From positions 1-31,257 of IMG/VR virus record IMGVR_UViG_3300044513_003743: 31,257 nucleotides of DNA, one strand, 5' to 3'. Below the pieces are notes generated by a model. It was given only the letters and a program-made list of their open reading frames with translations, did no database searches and had not been told where the DNA came from. The translations under genes were made by a program, and so were the position numbers. Source of the DNA: a virus (Duplodnaviria > Caudoviricetes). This document shows positions 1-10,240 of the stretch, one piece after another. How positions within the stretch are numbered: the first letter of the stretch is position 1; each line of letters starts with the position of its first letter.

Positions 1-144
1 AACAGGTCACCCAGAACCCTAAGCGAGTCTGTACAGAGAAAGTCTAACTTATCTGGAATTCTTCCACGCAAAAAACAGCAAGTTAATGAATCTTCCGAGC
101 ATACATTTGCAGAGCAGATGAAGAAACTTGCGGGCATTAAATAA
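1..144 (+). CDS. 3' end of prohead core/scaffold protein (partial, gp22-like position)
   Basis: Frame 1 is open from base 1 to TAA at 142-144 (NRSPRTLSESVQ...FAEQMKKLAGIK). It lies directly upstream of the major capsid gene, and the MKKLAGI-type C-terminus is typical of scaffolds in such phages. Confidence 0.7.
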   Translation, partial: NRSPRTLSESVQRKSNLSGILPRKKQQVNESSEHTFAEQMKKLAGIK

Positions 145-166
145 CAATATTTAAGGAGGTTAAAAA

Positions 167-1933
167 ATGTCTATTATTGAAACACTTACAGAAGGCATCG
201 TAAACCGTGACATGAAGAAGGAAGGCTCTGCTCTTCTTTCCAAGTGGGGAAAAACCGGTCTACTTGAAGGTCTTCAAACTGAGCATCAGAAGTCAACTAT
301 GGCTCGTTTGCTTGAAAACCAAGCGAAGGAACTTCTTCGCGAATCTAACACAATGGCTGGCGGAGACGTAGAAGGTTTCGCTGCTGTTGCATTCCCAATC
401 GTTCGTCGTGTATTCGCCGGACTTATCGCTAACGATCTTGTATCCGTTCAGCCAATGAGCCTTCCATCTGGTCTCATTTTCTTCCTTGACTTCACTTTCG
501 GTGATCCTTCTGGGACTGGATATGACCGCTTGGGACAATCAGAAACTGATTCTATCTACGGTCAGGGAATTGTTGGCTCACAAGTAACCGGTGGTGTTAG
601 CTTGGCTTCCACTAACCTTGATAAGCAACCTTATGGTTTCTCTTCAGCATATGCTTCTCCAACTGCTTCTGTAGCAACTAGCGCTCTTCCTGTAACAGCT
701 GTTACTAAGAATTTGCAAGGGGCTACGTTGAATACTGCTGCTCTCATCAATGGTTCTACACAATTGTCTAATGCTCTTTCTGATGCAACTGATGGTGAAG
801 CTATTGGTTCTATGATTAAGTTCGATGCTGACCTTATCAGCGAAGACAAATATATCAAAATCACAAGTGTTGACTTCAGCTCAATCACTAACTTTAACGA
901 AGATCATCTTTCTCAGATTATTCTTCCTTTCTCTGGTGCAACTGATGGTGCTGTTGGTACACAAGTTCGTCGTTTGACAAGAGAAGACCCAAACAACTCT
1001 GGAAACTACTTGTTGTTCTACGTTAAGGACACTGCATGGGCAACTCCTGCTGAGCAAGATCACGATGCTGGTTCACACCCAATCAAAGATGGGCTTACAG
1101 AAGCAGACGCTCTCGGTGCTGTTAAAGGTACTGCTACTTGGGGACTTGAAAATAATGAAAACATCCCTGAGATCGACATCAAGGTTGATTCAATTGCTAT
1201 CACAGCAATGACCAAGAAGTTGAAAGCAAAGTGGACTCCAGAACTTGGACAAGACTTGAACGCTTACCACAACTTGGATGCTGAGGTTGAATTGACTTCT
1301 ATCCTTTCTGAGCAAATTGCTCTTGAAATCGACCGCGAGATCCTTGCTGACCTCGTAAACGGTGCAACTGCTGGTACATTCTACTGGTCTCGTTCTCCAG
1401 GTCTTTTTGTTGACCGTGTAACTGGTGCGGAAATTGGTGCACAAGCATCTGCTCCTGATTTCACTGGTACAGTTAGCGAATGGTATGAAACTCTCATTGA
1501 AACCATCAATGACGTTTCTGCTCAAATCCACCGTAAGACACTTCGTGGTGGAGCGAACTTCGTAGTTTGTTCTCCTGAAGTTGCTAACATTCTTGAATTC
1601 ACAAGCGGTTTCCGTGCAAACGTAACTGCTGATGCTGACAAGGGTGATATCGGTGCTGTTAAGGTTGGATCTCTCAGCCGTAAGTTCGACGTTATCGTGG
1701 ACCCATACTTCCCACGTAACGTTCTCCTTGTAGGACGTAAAGGAAATAGCTTCCTTGAGTCTGGATATGTATATGCTCCGTATGTACCTCTCCAAACTAC
1801 TCCTACAATCTTTGGCCCAGAAGATTTCGTACCTCGCAAGGGTGTAATGACACGCTATGCGAAGAAAATGGTACGTCCTGATATGTACGGTCTTGTTATC
1901 GTTCGTGGTCTTCTCGGCGAGTCCGGAGCATAA
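167..1933 (+). CDS. gp23: Major capsid protein, T4 gp23-like (588 aa)
   Basis: Motifs LLENQ, FPIVRRVF..LIANDLVSVQPM..PSGLIF, KLKAKWTPELGQDLNAYHNLDAE.EL, YAPYVPL and GVMTRYA; AAGGAGGT RBS upstream. Confidence 0.96.
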   Translation: MSIIETLTEGIVNRDMKKEGSALLSKWGKTGLLEGLQTEHQKSTMARLLENQAKELLRESNTMAGGDVEGFAAVAFPIVRRVFAGLIANDLVSVQPMSLPSGLIFFLDFTFGDPSGTGYDRLGQSETDSIYGQGIVGSQVTGGVSLASTNLDKQPYGFSSAYASPTASVATSALPVTAVTKNLQGATLNTAALINGSTQLSNALSDATDGEAIGSMIKFDADLISEDKYIKITSVDFSSITNFNEDHLSQIILPFSGATDGAVGTQVRRLTREDPNNSGNYLLFYVKDTAWATPAEQDHDAGSHPIKDGLTEADALGAVKGTATWGLENNENIPEIDIKVDSIAITAMTKKLKAKWTPELGQDLNAYHNLDAEVELTSILSEQIALEIDREILADLVNGATAGTFYWSRSPGLFVDRVTGAEIGAQASAPDFTGTVSEWYETLIETINDVSAQIHRKTLRGGANFVVCSPEVANILEFTSGFRANVTADADKGDIGAVKVGSLSRKFDVIVDPYFPRNVLLVGRKGNSFLESGYVYAPYVPLQTTPTIFGPEDFVPRKGVMTRYAKKMVRPDMYGLVIVRGLLGESGA

Positions 1934-1956
1934 TCTATAACCTAGATTAACTCATA

Positions 1957-1995
1957 AGAGCCCCCTTCCATTGCGGTTGGGGGTTTTCTTTTTTT
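1957..1995 (+). terminator. Rho-independent terminator after the capsid gene
   Basis: AGAGCCCCC (1957-1965) pairs with GGGGGTTTT (1979-1987) and is followed by a T run. Confidence 0.75.
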
Positions 1996-1997
1996 AA

Positions 1998-2005
1998 ACT
2001 AATTA
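1998..2005 (+). promoter_or_regulatory. Candidate late promoter motif variant ACTAATTA
   Basis: One mismatch to the recurring ACTATTTA motif; immediately after a terminator and 25 nt before the ATG at 2031. Confidence 0.5.
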
Positions 2006-2030
2006 CAATATTCATTTAAGGAGACTCAAT

Positions 2031-2261
2031 ATGAAACCCAAACAAAAAAGACTTCTTGTTAAAAGACTTGCTGCTGAGAAAGCATCAAAAGAACTTGAAG
2101 CCAAGCGTCTTGCTGAAGAGGCAGTGAAAAAAGCTGCTGCTGAGAAGAAAGCAAAAGAAGAAGCAGAAAAGGCTGCAGAAAAAAAAGCAAAGGCTGCTGA
2201 AGAACAGAAAGAAGACAAGCCTAAGCGCAAATCAAAACGTTCCAAGAAGTCCGAAGAGTAG
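2031..2261 (+). CDS. Small Lys/Ala/Glu-rich low-complexity protein (76 aa)
   Basis: AAGGAG RBS; AAEKKAKEE-type repeats with basic termini; fills the gap between capsid and neck genes. Confidence 0.75.
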   Translation: MKPKQKRLLVKRLAAEKASKELEAKRLAEEAVKKAAAEKKAKEEAEKAAEKKAKAAEEQKEDKPKRKSKRSKKSEE

Positions 2262-2268
2262 CAATAAA

Positions 2269-2276
2269 ACTATTTA
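2269..2276 (+). promoter_or_regulatory. Candidate late promoter motif ACTATTTA
   Basis: Intergenic, 21 nt before the ATG at 2298; the same octamer precedes several other structural genes. Confidence 0.6.
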
Positions 2277-2297
2277 CTACGACTCGGAGGGAATTGA

Positions 2298-3524
2298 ATG
2301 TCATTACCAACACTAACACCAACATCTCAAACATCAGCTATTATATTGCCGGCAACAGGCAATGTTTTAAATGTAGCCGATGCTTTGCCTTTAGGTGTAT
2401 ACGCAGGTTCTGATGAGTTCTTATCTGGTGCTGCTGCTCAGGTTGCTTTTACTTATAAGCGCTTGGGCGGTGATGTTCTTGATATCGAACTCACAGAAGA
2501 AAATGTATACGCCAATTTTGAAGATGCTGTTCTTGAGTACTCGTACCTCATTAACATCCATCAATCAAAGAACATCCTAGGATCTGCTCTCGGTGGGACC
2601 ACAGGTTCGTTCAATCATAAAGGTGAGATTGCTACAGGCCCAGAAAACGTTCAACTTAAATATCCAAAGCTTAACTTTGAAGTTGCATTTCAAATTGGTA
2701 ACAAGTTTGCCACAGAAGCTGGTGTTGGTGGAGAACAGACAATATACTCTGCTTCATTTGATAGAGTGGCTGATCAACAAGACTACGACCTTCAAGAGAT
2801 TGTATCTTCTTCGTTTCCATCTATTGTTGGAGATAAAAGAGTTAAGATACGTCAAGTGTTCTATGTAACTCCACGTCAGATGTGGCGCTTCTATGGCTAC
2901 TATGGTGGTCTCAATGTTGTTGGAGATTATCATACTTATGGTCAATATGCTGATGATTCGACATTTCAGGTAATTCCGGCATGGCAAAACAAGATTCAGG
3001 CTATAGCCTATGAAGACCACCTTTATACTCGTACATCGCATTATAGCTATGAAGTTATCAACAATAAGCTAAGAATTTACCCAAACCCAGACAGTGTCTC
3101 ACCTGAAAAGTTCTGGTTCAGATTTACAGTTGACAATACGGACATCTGGGAAGATGAAAATAACTCTGGTCAAGATGGTATTAACAACATGAACACTCTA
3201 CCATTTGAGAATATTCCATACGAGAACATCAACTCAATCGGTCACCAATGGATCAGAAGGTTTGCTCTCGCTCTATCCAAAGAAACTCTTGGACAGGTGC
3301 GTGGAAAGTTTGGTGGAAACGTGCCCATTCCTGGAGAGAATGTGAGCTTAAACGCGTCGGACTTATTAAGCCAGGCTAAGGAAGAGCAGCAAGCTCTCCG
3401 AGACGAATTAAAGACAATACTTGACGAATTGACGTATCCTAAGTTACTTGAAACAGACAAAGGGATGATTGATAATGCAAAAGCTATTGTCGCCGAATCT
3501 CCATTGAAAATATTTGTAGGATAA
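2298..3524 (+). CDS. Neck / head-tail adaptor protein (T4 gp13-like, 408 aa)
   Basis: RLGGDVLDIELTEE near the N-terminus and WIRRFALALSKETLGQVRGKF..VPIPG..VSLNA.DL..QAKEE near the C-terminus resemble gp13-type adaptors; follows the capsid gene. Confidence 0.75.
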   Translation: MSLPTLTPTSQTSAIILPATGNVLNVADALPLGVYAGSDEFLSGAAAQVAFTYKRLGGDVLDIELTEENVYANFEDAVLEYSYLINIHQSKNILGSALGGTTGSFNHKGEIATGPENVQLKYPKLNFEVAFQIGNKFATEAGVGGEQTIYSASFDRVADQQDYDLQEIVSSSFPSIVGDKRVKIRQVFYVTPRQMWRFYGYYGGLNVVGDYHTYGQYADDSTFQVIPAWQNKIQAIAYEDHLYTRTSHYSYEVINNKLRIYPNPDSVSPEKFWFRFTVDNTDIWEDENNSGQDGINNMNTLPFENIPYENINSIGHQWIRRFALALSKETLGQVRGKFGGNVPIPGENVSLNASDLLSQAKEEQQALRDELKTILDELTYPKLLETDKGMIDNAKAIVAESPLKIFVG

Positions 3525-3527
3525 GAA

Positions 3528-6002
3528 ATGAAATTAATATTAGAAAATTGGAATAAATTTTTAAAAGAACAAGAACTCAAAGAAGCAACAGAACAAGAAA
3601 TTGAATACCTTAATGATGCTTTGGAGATTCCTGTTGGTGAATTACCTTTTGGAAACATCTTTGGAAATTCCTATAGAATTATCGAACCTGTTTCTGGTCT
3701 CAAAAAAGAGACACCTCTAGCTAACACAATTTCTGCTCTCAATGCCTTTGGATGGCAAGTAGATCCAGCATCCAATCTAGAATATCATGATGAAACAAAA
3801 GGCAAACTAGCTGGTAAAGTCAAAGGCGGAAAAATTCTTTGCTCCAAAACAAAAGTCTCTCATTTCATTGATGGAAAAGGAAACCAAGGCGTTTCTAGAA
3901 AAACAATCACTCTTAATTTACCAAAGGTTTTAGGTGGCATTATCAACTTTGTTAACAATAGTAGAAACAAAATTCAAAGAGAAGCCGGAGCAGAACATTT
4001 TGAAGCAGCCAAAAGATACGCAAAACTCTCAAAAATAGGCAAACTAGATAAACTTCCTGCTGAAGCTAAATATTCTTTACCAGCAAAAATTAGTGACCCA
4101 GTTGTAAAACACACAGCAGACGAATACAGAAAGGTTATGAAATTTTATGATGCTCAAGATTATTGGCTTGGTACATCTACCTCCTTAACAATGAAGGAAT
4201 TCTTCACAAAAAGTAGAATCGATTTTGAATCTTTTGAAAACTTTGCAAAATATGCTATTGAATCTTTTGATGATCTTGTTAGAAACATGGATCAATACCT
4301 TGAGAGAAATTACATAATCTATTCTCGCCATCCTGTTGATGTCTTTAGAATGTCCGATCACCAAAGCATCAGATCTTGTCATTCTCTTCCAAGTATGAAA
4401 GGTGAAATGGGTTTTGATGACTATAATAAATGCGCTCTTTCTGAGGCGTATGGCAATGGAATGATTGCTTACATTGTCCCAGCTAAGAATTTCATAATGT
4501 TTCCTCCAACACAAGAGTCATTAGATGTTGAAGGAGATCAAGAAATATTTTTTGATCAAATGCGACGAGATGCAACTGCTCACTTACTAGTTCCAACTTC
4601 TAGAATTAGAATCAAAAATGTCGCGTTTCATAAAGACGAAAACTCAGAACCAATAAGGCTTGCGGTACCACAAGGAAAAATTTACGGACCACAAGTTCCA
4701 GGGTTTCTAGACGCTGTTAACAATAGAGTCTCCAAAGCGCAAGAAAAAGAAGTTAAAGAGATTATCAAGCAAGGATCACAAGATCTTGGTAAGCCAACAA
4801 TATTTCTATCAAACTTCACAAGATATGGCGGAAGTTATCAAGACACAGGTCACTCTGTTGCTCAAACTTTGCCTATGTTGTTCCGCAAGTTCAATAGAGA
4901 CGTTGTTCTCCAAGGAACCTCTGTTAGATACGAACCCGATGTCGAAGAAGCTTTAATGGCTTCAATCGGAGGAAGTTCTGAGGAAATGATTAGGCGAAGA
5001 TTAAATGAGATTTTTGACGAACATACTGGTGGATTTATTTCCTTTGATTGGGACACTTCCGAAGGATATGACGGAGAAATCACATATGTGTGGGATTTGA
5101 TTGTTAAGTTTAAAATCAACGCACCAGGCGCTAATGGTTCTGAAATTAACTCTGTTGTTACAGAGGTTGTTGATTGGGAATTTTATGATTATTATCAATT
5201 ACCAAAATCAGACAATATATTTGTTGAAAGAAATGATGAAGGTAGTTGGATGATTAAAATTGTTTATCAAGGCTATGACTTAGATGATGAGACAGCTTAC
5301 CTAGGAGGTCTTGAAGGGGCATTACCAGACATTATGAAAAAATTTGATGCTTTTGATTATTATTATGATAACGGCCCCATTCAATTGATAGAGTACAAAT
5401 TAGAAGAATTTGGTGTCATTGAATCAGAAAGACAAGTAATTCAAAACGTTCTCAAAGATTATGGTCTTCCGGAAGATTCTTGGTGGCCCGAAGATGAAAG
5501 AGAAGAAGAAGAGCACGATTATTTTGGCGGAGAATATATTTCCTTCATTGCTTTTCAAGACGAAAGCAGTGTAGACATTTCCGAGATCAAAGAAAAGATT
5601 CCGGAAAATATGCGACAAAACGCTTATGAACTTATGGCTAAGTTCTTCAACACAGTTTTTGGCAATGATGAACTATCTGGTAAGTTAGCTTTAAGTCAAG
5701 ATGCATGGAGCAAAGAAACAGATCCAAACATTGTAATAATGCATGCAGAGCGAGGAGACGTAACTCCAGAACAGATTGAAGAATATGATGAGATTGAATT
5801 CAAGGCTGGTGTTAGCATGTACAGTGATTACTCAAAAGAAATTCTAGAAAAAACAGGAGACTTTCTCAAGAATAACGCAAGCATTGATGACATTGCAGAG
5901 AGAATGCAAATGGAACTTGAAAAGTATTTAGCGAAAACGCTAAAGCCACGACAAAACATAACAGAAAATAAAAAGAGGATAAGAGTCCGTGTCAGAAGAT
6001 AA
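3528..6002 (+). CDS. Large hypothetical protein, probable internal head/ejected protein (824 aa)
   Basis: Long ORF; N-terminus MKLILENWNKFLKEQELKE is rich in L/I-x-E motifs; acidic C-terminal half; basic C-terminal tail. Confidence 0.6.
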   Translation: MKLILENWNKFLKEQELKEATEQEIEYLNDALEIPVGELPFGNIFGNSYRIIEPVSGLKKETPLANTISALNAFGWQVDPASNLEYHDETKGKLAGKVKGGKILCSKTKVSHFIDGKGNQGVSRKTITLNLPKVLGGIINFVNNSRNKIQREAGAEHFEAAKRYAKLSKIGKLDKLPAEAKYSLPAKISDPVVKHTADEYRKVMKFYDAQDYWLGTSTSLTMKEFFTKSRIDFESFENFAKYAIESFDDLVRNMDQYLERNYIIYSRHPVDVFRMSDHQSIRSCHSLPSMKGEMGFDDYNKCALSEAYGNGMIAYIVPAKNFIMFPPTQESLDVEGDQEIFFDQMRRDATAHLLVPTSRIRIKNVAFHKDENSEPIRLAVPQGKIYGPQVPGFLDAVNNRVSKAQEKEVKEIIKQGSQDLGKPTIFLSNFTRYGGSYQDTGHSVAQTLPMLFRKFNRDVVLQGTSVRYEPDVEEALMASIGGSSEEMIRRRLNEIFDEHTGGFISFDWDTSEGYDGEITYVWDLIVKFKINAPGANGSEINSVVTEVVDWEFYDYYQLPKSDNIFVERNDEGSWMIKIVYQGYDLDDETAYLGGLEGALPDIMKKFDAFDYYYDNGPIQLIEYKLEEFGVIESERQVIQNVLKDYGLPEDSWWPEDEREEEEHDYFGGEYISFIAFQDESSVDISEIKEKIPENMRQNAYELMAKFFNTVFGNDELSGKLALSQDAWSKETDPNIVIMHAERGDVTPEQIEEYDEIEFKAGVSMYSDYSKEILEKTGDFLKNNASIDDIAERMQMELEKYLAKTLKPRQNITENKKRIRVRVRR

Positions 6003-6483
6003 CAAATGGAAAAAACCAGCATCCCCTCCTCCTCCAATGTTCTTTGGAGAAAAGGAACGTGACCTTGTAAAGCAAGTCAATGACGAAATTATTGAACGCG
6101 TTGTTGGACAGCAGGTTCTTTATTTCCCTATTGACCTTGAGTCTACAGCTTATCATCCTCTATACGGAGAGGCTATTGAGAAGACCTTTCTCCCTCCCCT
6201 TAGAGTTCATGCTCTCGTTGAGTTCCAAGGGGTTGAGACATCATTCATGGACAACGTTGCTATCGACAAAGCAACAAAGATAAAGGTTAACTTTCATAAG
6301 AGACGCTTAACAGAAGACCAAGATCTCTACGTGAGAGAAGGCGACTTTGTAAGATATGGTGAAGTATATTACGAGATTGTAAAGCTGATTGAACCGAGAC
6401 TTCTGTTTGGTCAAGTTGAACATCGCTTTGAGATTCAAGCCGAGTGTATAAGAGCAAGAGATGGAGTATTCAATGCCGAATAA
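5989..6483 (+). CDS. Head closure / neck protein (T4 gp14-like, 164 aa, GTG start)
   Basis: E..LVKQVNDEII..VVGQQVLYFP, HPLYGEA..K.F, VREGDFV.YG..YYEI; lies between the adaptor and tail terminator genes. Confidence 0.7.
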   Translation: MSEDNKWKKPASPPPPMFFGEKERDLVKQVNDEIIERVVGQQVLYFPIDLESTAYHPLYGEAIEKTFLPPLRVHALVEFQGVETSFMDNVAIDKATKIKVNFHKRRLTEDQDLYVREGDFVRYGEVYYEIVKLIEPRLLFGQVEHRFEIQAECIRARDGVFNAE

Positions 6484-7309
6484 AGTAGAAACATTAGAGC
6501 CCTCAACTATTGAGACAATAGACCTTGGTATGTACAATTATATCAACGAGAGTCTTGATCTCCATACAACGACAAATGCAGGTTTTAAAAAGGCTCCTGT
6601 TATATGGCTTGGCACAGATAGACTATCTCAAGTCAAGAATAACAAAGAGATCCGCGACTCTGTTGGAAAACTTAAGCTTCCTCTCATAACAATCAACCGA
6701 GAATCTATCAACAAAGACCCTGCTTTCAAAGGCTCCTTTCAAGCACACATGTATGAGGTTGGAGATTATAAAGGTGGCGTTATAACAAGAGCAAGACGCA
6801 TTGGACAAGAGAAAACAAGAAACCATGCTAATGCAAAGGTTGCGAGAGCTAAGAACAATGCTTCCGAGACAGGTAAACCAAACGATAACCAAAAGATTGT
6901 CTATGAGTTTCTTACATCTCCAATACCAACATATGTAACGGTTATGTATTCAATCACCTTGAGAACAGAATATCAACAGCAAATGAACGACTTAATGACA
7001 CCGTTCTTCACGAGAACAGGGCAATTAAACAGTTTCTTATTTAATCATGATGGTCACCGTTATGAAGCCTTTATTGATGGCAACTTTACAGAAAATAAAA
7101 ACACCACAGCACTCAACGAAGATGAAAGAATGTTTGAGACCAAAATAAACATCAAGGTTCTCGGATATTTGATTGGAGACGGAGTCAACAGAGAAAAGCC
7201 ACAAATAACCATTAGAGAAAATGCGGTTGAAGTTAAGATATCCAGAGAGCGTGTTATTACCGGTGACAAGGCTCCATGGAAAAAGAAAGACAAAGACTAT
7301 CGCGAATAG
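6473..7309 (+). CDS. Tail terminator / sheath-stabilising protein (gp15-like)
   Basis: Start moved to ATG 6473 because GGAG lies at 6463-6466; LPLITINR and P.YVTVMYSITLRTEYQQQMNDL motifs; directly upstream of the sheath gene. Confidence 0.6.
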   Translation: MPNKVETLEPSTIETIDLGMYNYINESLDLHTTTNAGFKKAPVIWLGTDRLSQVKNNKEIRDSVGKLKLPLITINRESINKDPAFKGSFQAHMYEVGDYKGGVITRARRIGQEKTRNHANAKVARAKNNASETGKPNDNQKIVYEFLTSPIPTYVTVMYSITLRTEYQQQMNDLMTPFFTRTGQLNSFLFNHDGHRYEAFIDGNFTENKNTTALNEDERMFETKINIKVLGYLIGDGVNREKPQITIRENAVEVKISRERVITGDKAPWKKKDKDYRE

Positions 7310-7329
7310 TTCGTTTGGAAAAATACTAC

Positions 7330-7337
7330 ACTATTTA
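7330..7337 (+). promoter_or_regulatory. Candidate late promoter motif ACTATTTA
   Basis: Intergenic, 28 nt before the sheath ATG. Confidence 0.6.
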
Positions 7338-7365
7338 TAGAGAATAACATATTAAGGAGATACTA

Positions 7366-10206
7366 ATGCCTAGTAAATTTGATTTTATATCACCCGACAT
7401 CCTTCTTCGTGAAGTTGATGAGAGTCAAGTTGCCGCTGAGACAACTGAAGATGGCGCTCTTATTATCGGTCAAGCCTTTCGTGGGCCAGCAATGCAACCA
7501 GTTCGTGTTAAGAACTTGGATGATCTATACACAGTTTTTGGTCGCCCACAAAGCGGTAAGAACGATAATAACGATGTCTGGAGATCAGGCAACACAAAAC
7601 TTCCAACTTACGGACTCTATGCTGCACAAGCATGGTTGAGCACACAGACTTCCCCTGTGACTTTTGTTCGTCTTGCTGGTGAAGATTCTGCTAACCAAGA
7701 TGTTAACTATGTTGAAGCCGGCTGGAATACTGGTGAAACTCTTGATACAACTGAGGCTGGAACCTCTGCTGCTTACGGTCTTTTCATTATGCCTTCTGCT
7801 TCTGCTGGTGCAGAAACAAACGGTACTCTTGGAGCAGTTATTTATACCAAAGGTGCTGCTGTATCTCTTTCTGGTACTATCGCTGGTACTCTTGATACAA
7901 CATCATCTGTCGGTGTATTGATGCAGTGTGAGTCTAAATTCTTTGCTGGTATTACCATTGAGATTCATGACGGTACCACAACAGAAAAATACCCTGTTGA
8001 TTTCAACGTTGCAAACAAGAACGGTTTCATTCGTAACAAGCTTAACACAAACCCACAGCTACTTAACGGTATCAACCAAGTTAATACAGAAAAACATTTC
8101 TTGGGTGAAACATTTGAGACACATGTTTATGAAACTCTCAACAATGTAGGTTCTGCATCTGCTGGTGAGCAATACGCTATCCTTCTTCCATTGACTTCTG
8201 GTTCTGCTGACGACAATAACCTTGCAAACCACGAAGGTGAAGCTTCTGTTTCTAAAACAGGTTGGTTCATTGCACGAGACCCAAGTCCTCAACAAGAAAC
8301 TGCTTCATACAGTGCTTCAAATATGAAGAAGCTTTTCCGTTTGAATTCTCTTCATACTGGTGACTACTTCCAGAAAGCATACGTTGCTCGTATCTCTGAC
8401 CTTCTTCTTGGAACCCAAGAGAACCCTAACTCTACTTTCACTGTATCTATCGTTGATAACGGTGGTCAAATTGTAGAACAGTTCAGTGGATGTAACCTCA
8501 ATGAAAACTCCGATGACTTCGTTGGAAAGAAAATTGGTGATACATTCCAAGAGTGGAATACAGCTACTGAAAAATATGTTGTTAAAGGAAACTACCCTAA
8601 CAACTCAAATTATGTTTATGTTGAGATGGCTGATGATTGGAAAGCTGGTATCGATGATAAATATACACTTCCATTCGGATTCTATGGACCTGCTAGATTC
8701 AAAGACTTCCAAATTACTTCTGGGTCTACCGAACTTTCCGAAGGTGCTTCTACAGCATATGTAACTTCACCAAAGGCCGCAGACCTTGTATTGGGTCACG
8801 AACAAAGTTTCTTTGCAGATCTTCAAGTCGATGTTACTTGCTCACTGACTTTCCCTGAACTTCAACTTACAACGACTGGCTCTAAGAAAGGTCAAGACTA
8901 CAAATATAGCGATGTATTTGGTGTAAGACAATTCCGTAGTGATGACCAGCCTACACAATACTTCCGCAAGCAAGATGATTACATTGACCTTGTTCGTCCT
9001 CTCGCTAATGGACATGATATCCATAGTGCTGGTGCACAGACAGAAACTAGTTTTATCTTTACTCTTGATGAGATTGTACATGACTCTGACTCCGATCGCT
9101 ACTACTGGAAAGCAGGTTCTCATGCTACGGGTGATGCTGTAACTGCTGAATCAGGTTCTTCAGAACTTATTCAGGTTAAGAAAGTTAAGCAGTTCCAAGC
9201 TCCATTCTTTGGTGGAACAGATGGCGTTGATATCACACTTGTTGATCCATTCTCAAGCACAAGCACACAAGCATTGACTGATAGCACTTCACCAACTAAG
9301 CACTACGCTCACTACTCAGTTCAGAAAGTACTTGATATTACTGGTGACAAAGAAGTTGTTCAATATGACGTTATCTCAATGCCTGGTCTTCTTCAGGATG
9401 ATTTGAGAAGAGAACTTGTTAACAACACAGAAGATCGTGGTGATGCTCTTGCTATTATCGACTTTGACTCTGGATTCAAAGCAGAACATGAAGCAAGTGG
9501 TGTATATGCTAACGGTACTGCCGCACAAGCTATCATCGATGCGAATGAACAAGACTTCAATACAAGCTATGCTGCAGCATACTACCCACCTGTAGTTCTT
9601 GCTGGTGAAGACATGGGTCTCCGTGTTCCTGCATCTGTTGCTGGTCTTGGTGTTCTTGCTCAAAGCGATGCTGCATCTGGTGCTCCATGGTTTGCTCCTG
9701 CTGGTTTCAACCGTGGTGGTATCCGTCAACTTGGTGGGAATCAAGGACCTCGTGTTCAGCGTCCAGTTGAGAACCTTAACAAAGCTGATCGTGATGACTT
9801 GTACCAAGTAAACATTAACCCTATCGCTAACTTCCCTGGTGAAGGACCGGTTGTATTCGGACAGAAGACTCTTCAACAGACACCTTCTGCTCTTGACCGT
9901 ATCAACGTTCGTCGCTTGATGGTTCACCTCAAGAAGAAGATTGGCGTTGTTGCTCGTACCATCTTGTTTGATAACAATGTTCAAGCAACTTGGAACCGCT
10001 TCAAGGCTGGTGCTAACCCAATCCTTTCAGATGCTAAGTCTCGCTTTGGTATTTCAGAATACAAACTTGTTCTTGACGAGACCACAACAACACCTGATTA
10101 TCAAGATCGCAATATCATGTATGCTAAGGTTTTCATTAAACCTGCTAAGGCTATTGAGTTCATTGCTATCGATTTCAATATCACACGCTCCGGAATTGAG
10201 TTCTAA
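7366..10206 (+). CDS. gp18: Contractile tail sheath protein (gp18-like, 946 aa)
   Basis: N-terminal FISPDILLREVDES..GP; C-terminal PWFAPAGFNRGG, INPIANFPG..VVFGQKTLQ..SALDRINVRRL and FIKPAKAIEFIAIDFNI. Confidence 0.95.
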   Translation: MPSKFDFISPDILLREVDESQVAAETTEDGALIIGQAFRGPAMQPVRVKNLDDLYTVFGRPQSGKNDNNDVWRSGNTKLPTYGLYAAQAWLSTQTSPVTFVRLAGEDSANQDVNYVEAGWNTGETLDTTEAGTSAAYGLFIMPSASAGAETNGTLGAVIYTKGAAVSLSGTIAGTLDTTSSVGVLMQCESKFFAGITIEIHDGTTTEKYPVDFNVANKNGFIRNKLNTNPQLLNGINQVNTEKHFLGETFETHVYETLNNVGSASAGEQYAILLPLTSGSADDNNLANHEGEASVSKTGWFIARDPSPQQETASYSASNMKKLFRLNSLHTGDYFQKAYVARISDLLLGTQENPNSTFTVSIVDNGGQIVEQFSGCNLNENSDDFVGKKIGDTFQEWNTATEKYVVKGNYPNNSNYVYVEMADDWKAGIDDKYTLPFGFYGPARFKDFQITSGSTELSEGASTAYVTSPKAADLVLGHEQSFFADLQVDVTCSLTFPELQLTTTGSKKGQDYKYSDVFGVRQFRSDDQPTQYFRKQDDYIDLVRPLANGHDIHSAGAQTETSFIFTLDEIVHDSDSDRYYWKAGSHATGDAVTAESGSSELIQVKKVKQFQAPFFGGTDGVDITLVDPFSSTSTQALTDSTSPTKHYAHYSVQKVLDITGDKEVVQYDVISMPGLLQDDLRRELVNNTEDRGDALAIIDFDSGFKAEHEASGVYANGTAAQAIIDANEQDFNTSYAAAYYPPVVLAGEDMGLRVPASVAGLGVLAQSDAASGAPWFAPAGFNRGGIRQLGGNQGPRVQRPVENLNKADRDDLYQVNINPIANFPGEGPVVFGQKTLQQTPSALDRINVRRLMVHLKKKIGVVARTILFDNNVQATWNRFKAGANPILSDAKSRFGISEYKLVLDETTTTPDYQDRNIMYAKVFIKPAKAIEFIAIDFNITRSGIEF

Positions 10207-10214
10207 ACTATTTA
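10207..10214 (+). promoter_or_regulatory. Candidate late promoter motif ACTATTTA
   Basis: Directly after the sheath stop codon, 26 nt before the tube ATG. Confidence 0.6.
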
Positions 10215-10240
10215 CTGTATACTAATAGGAGATTTATACA

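Noticed and set aside
490-1140. Divergent central segment of the major capsid protein as a mobile insertion
   Set aside because: It is in frame, has no nuclease or intein motifs, and matches the variable insertion-domain region of gp23-type proteins.
7310-7319. TTCGTTTGGA shared between the pre-sheath intergenic region and the PK1-PK2 spacer (24157-24166)
   Set aside because: A single same-sense 10-mer match is plausible by chance in 31 kb; not enough to call a target.
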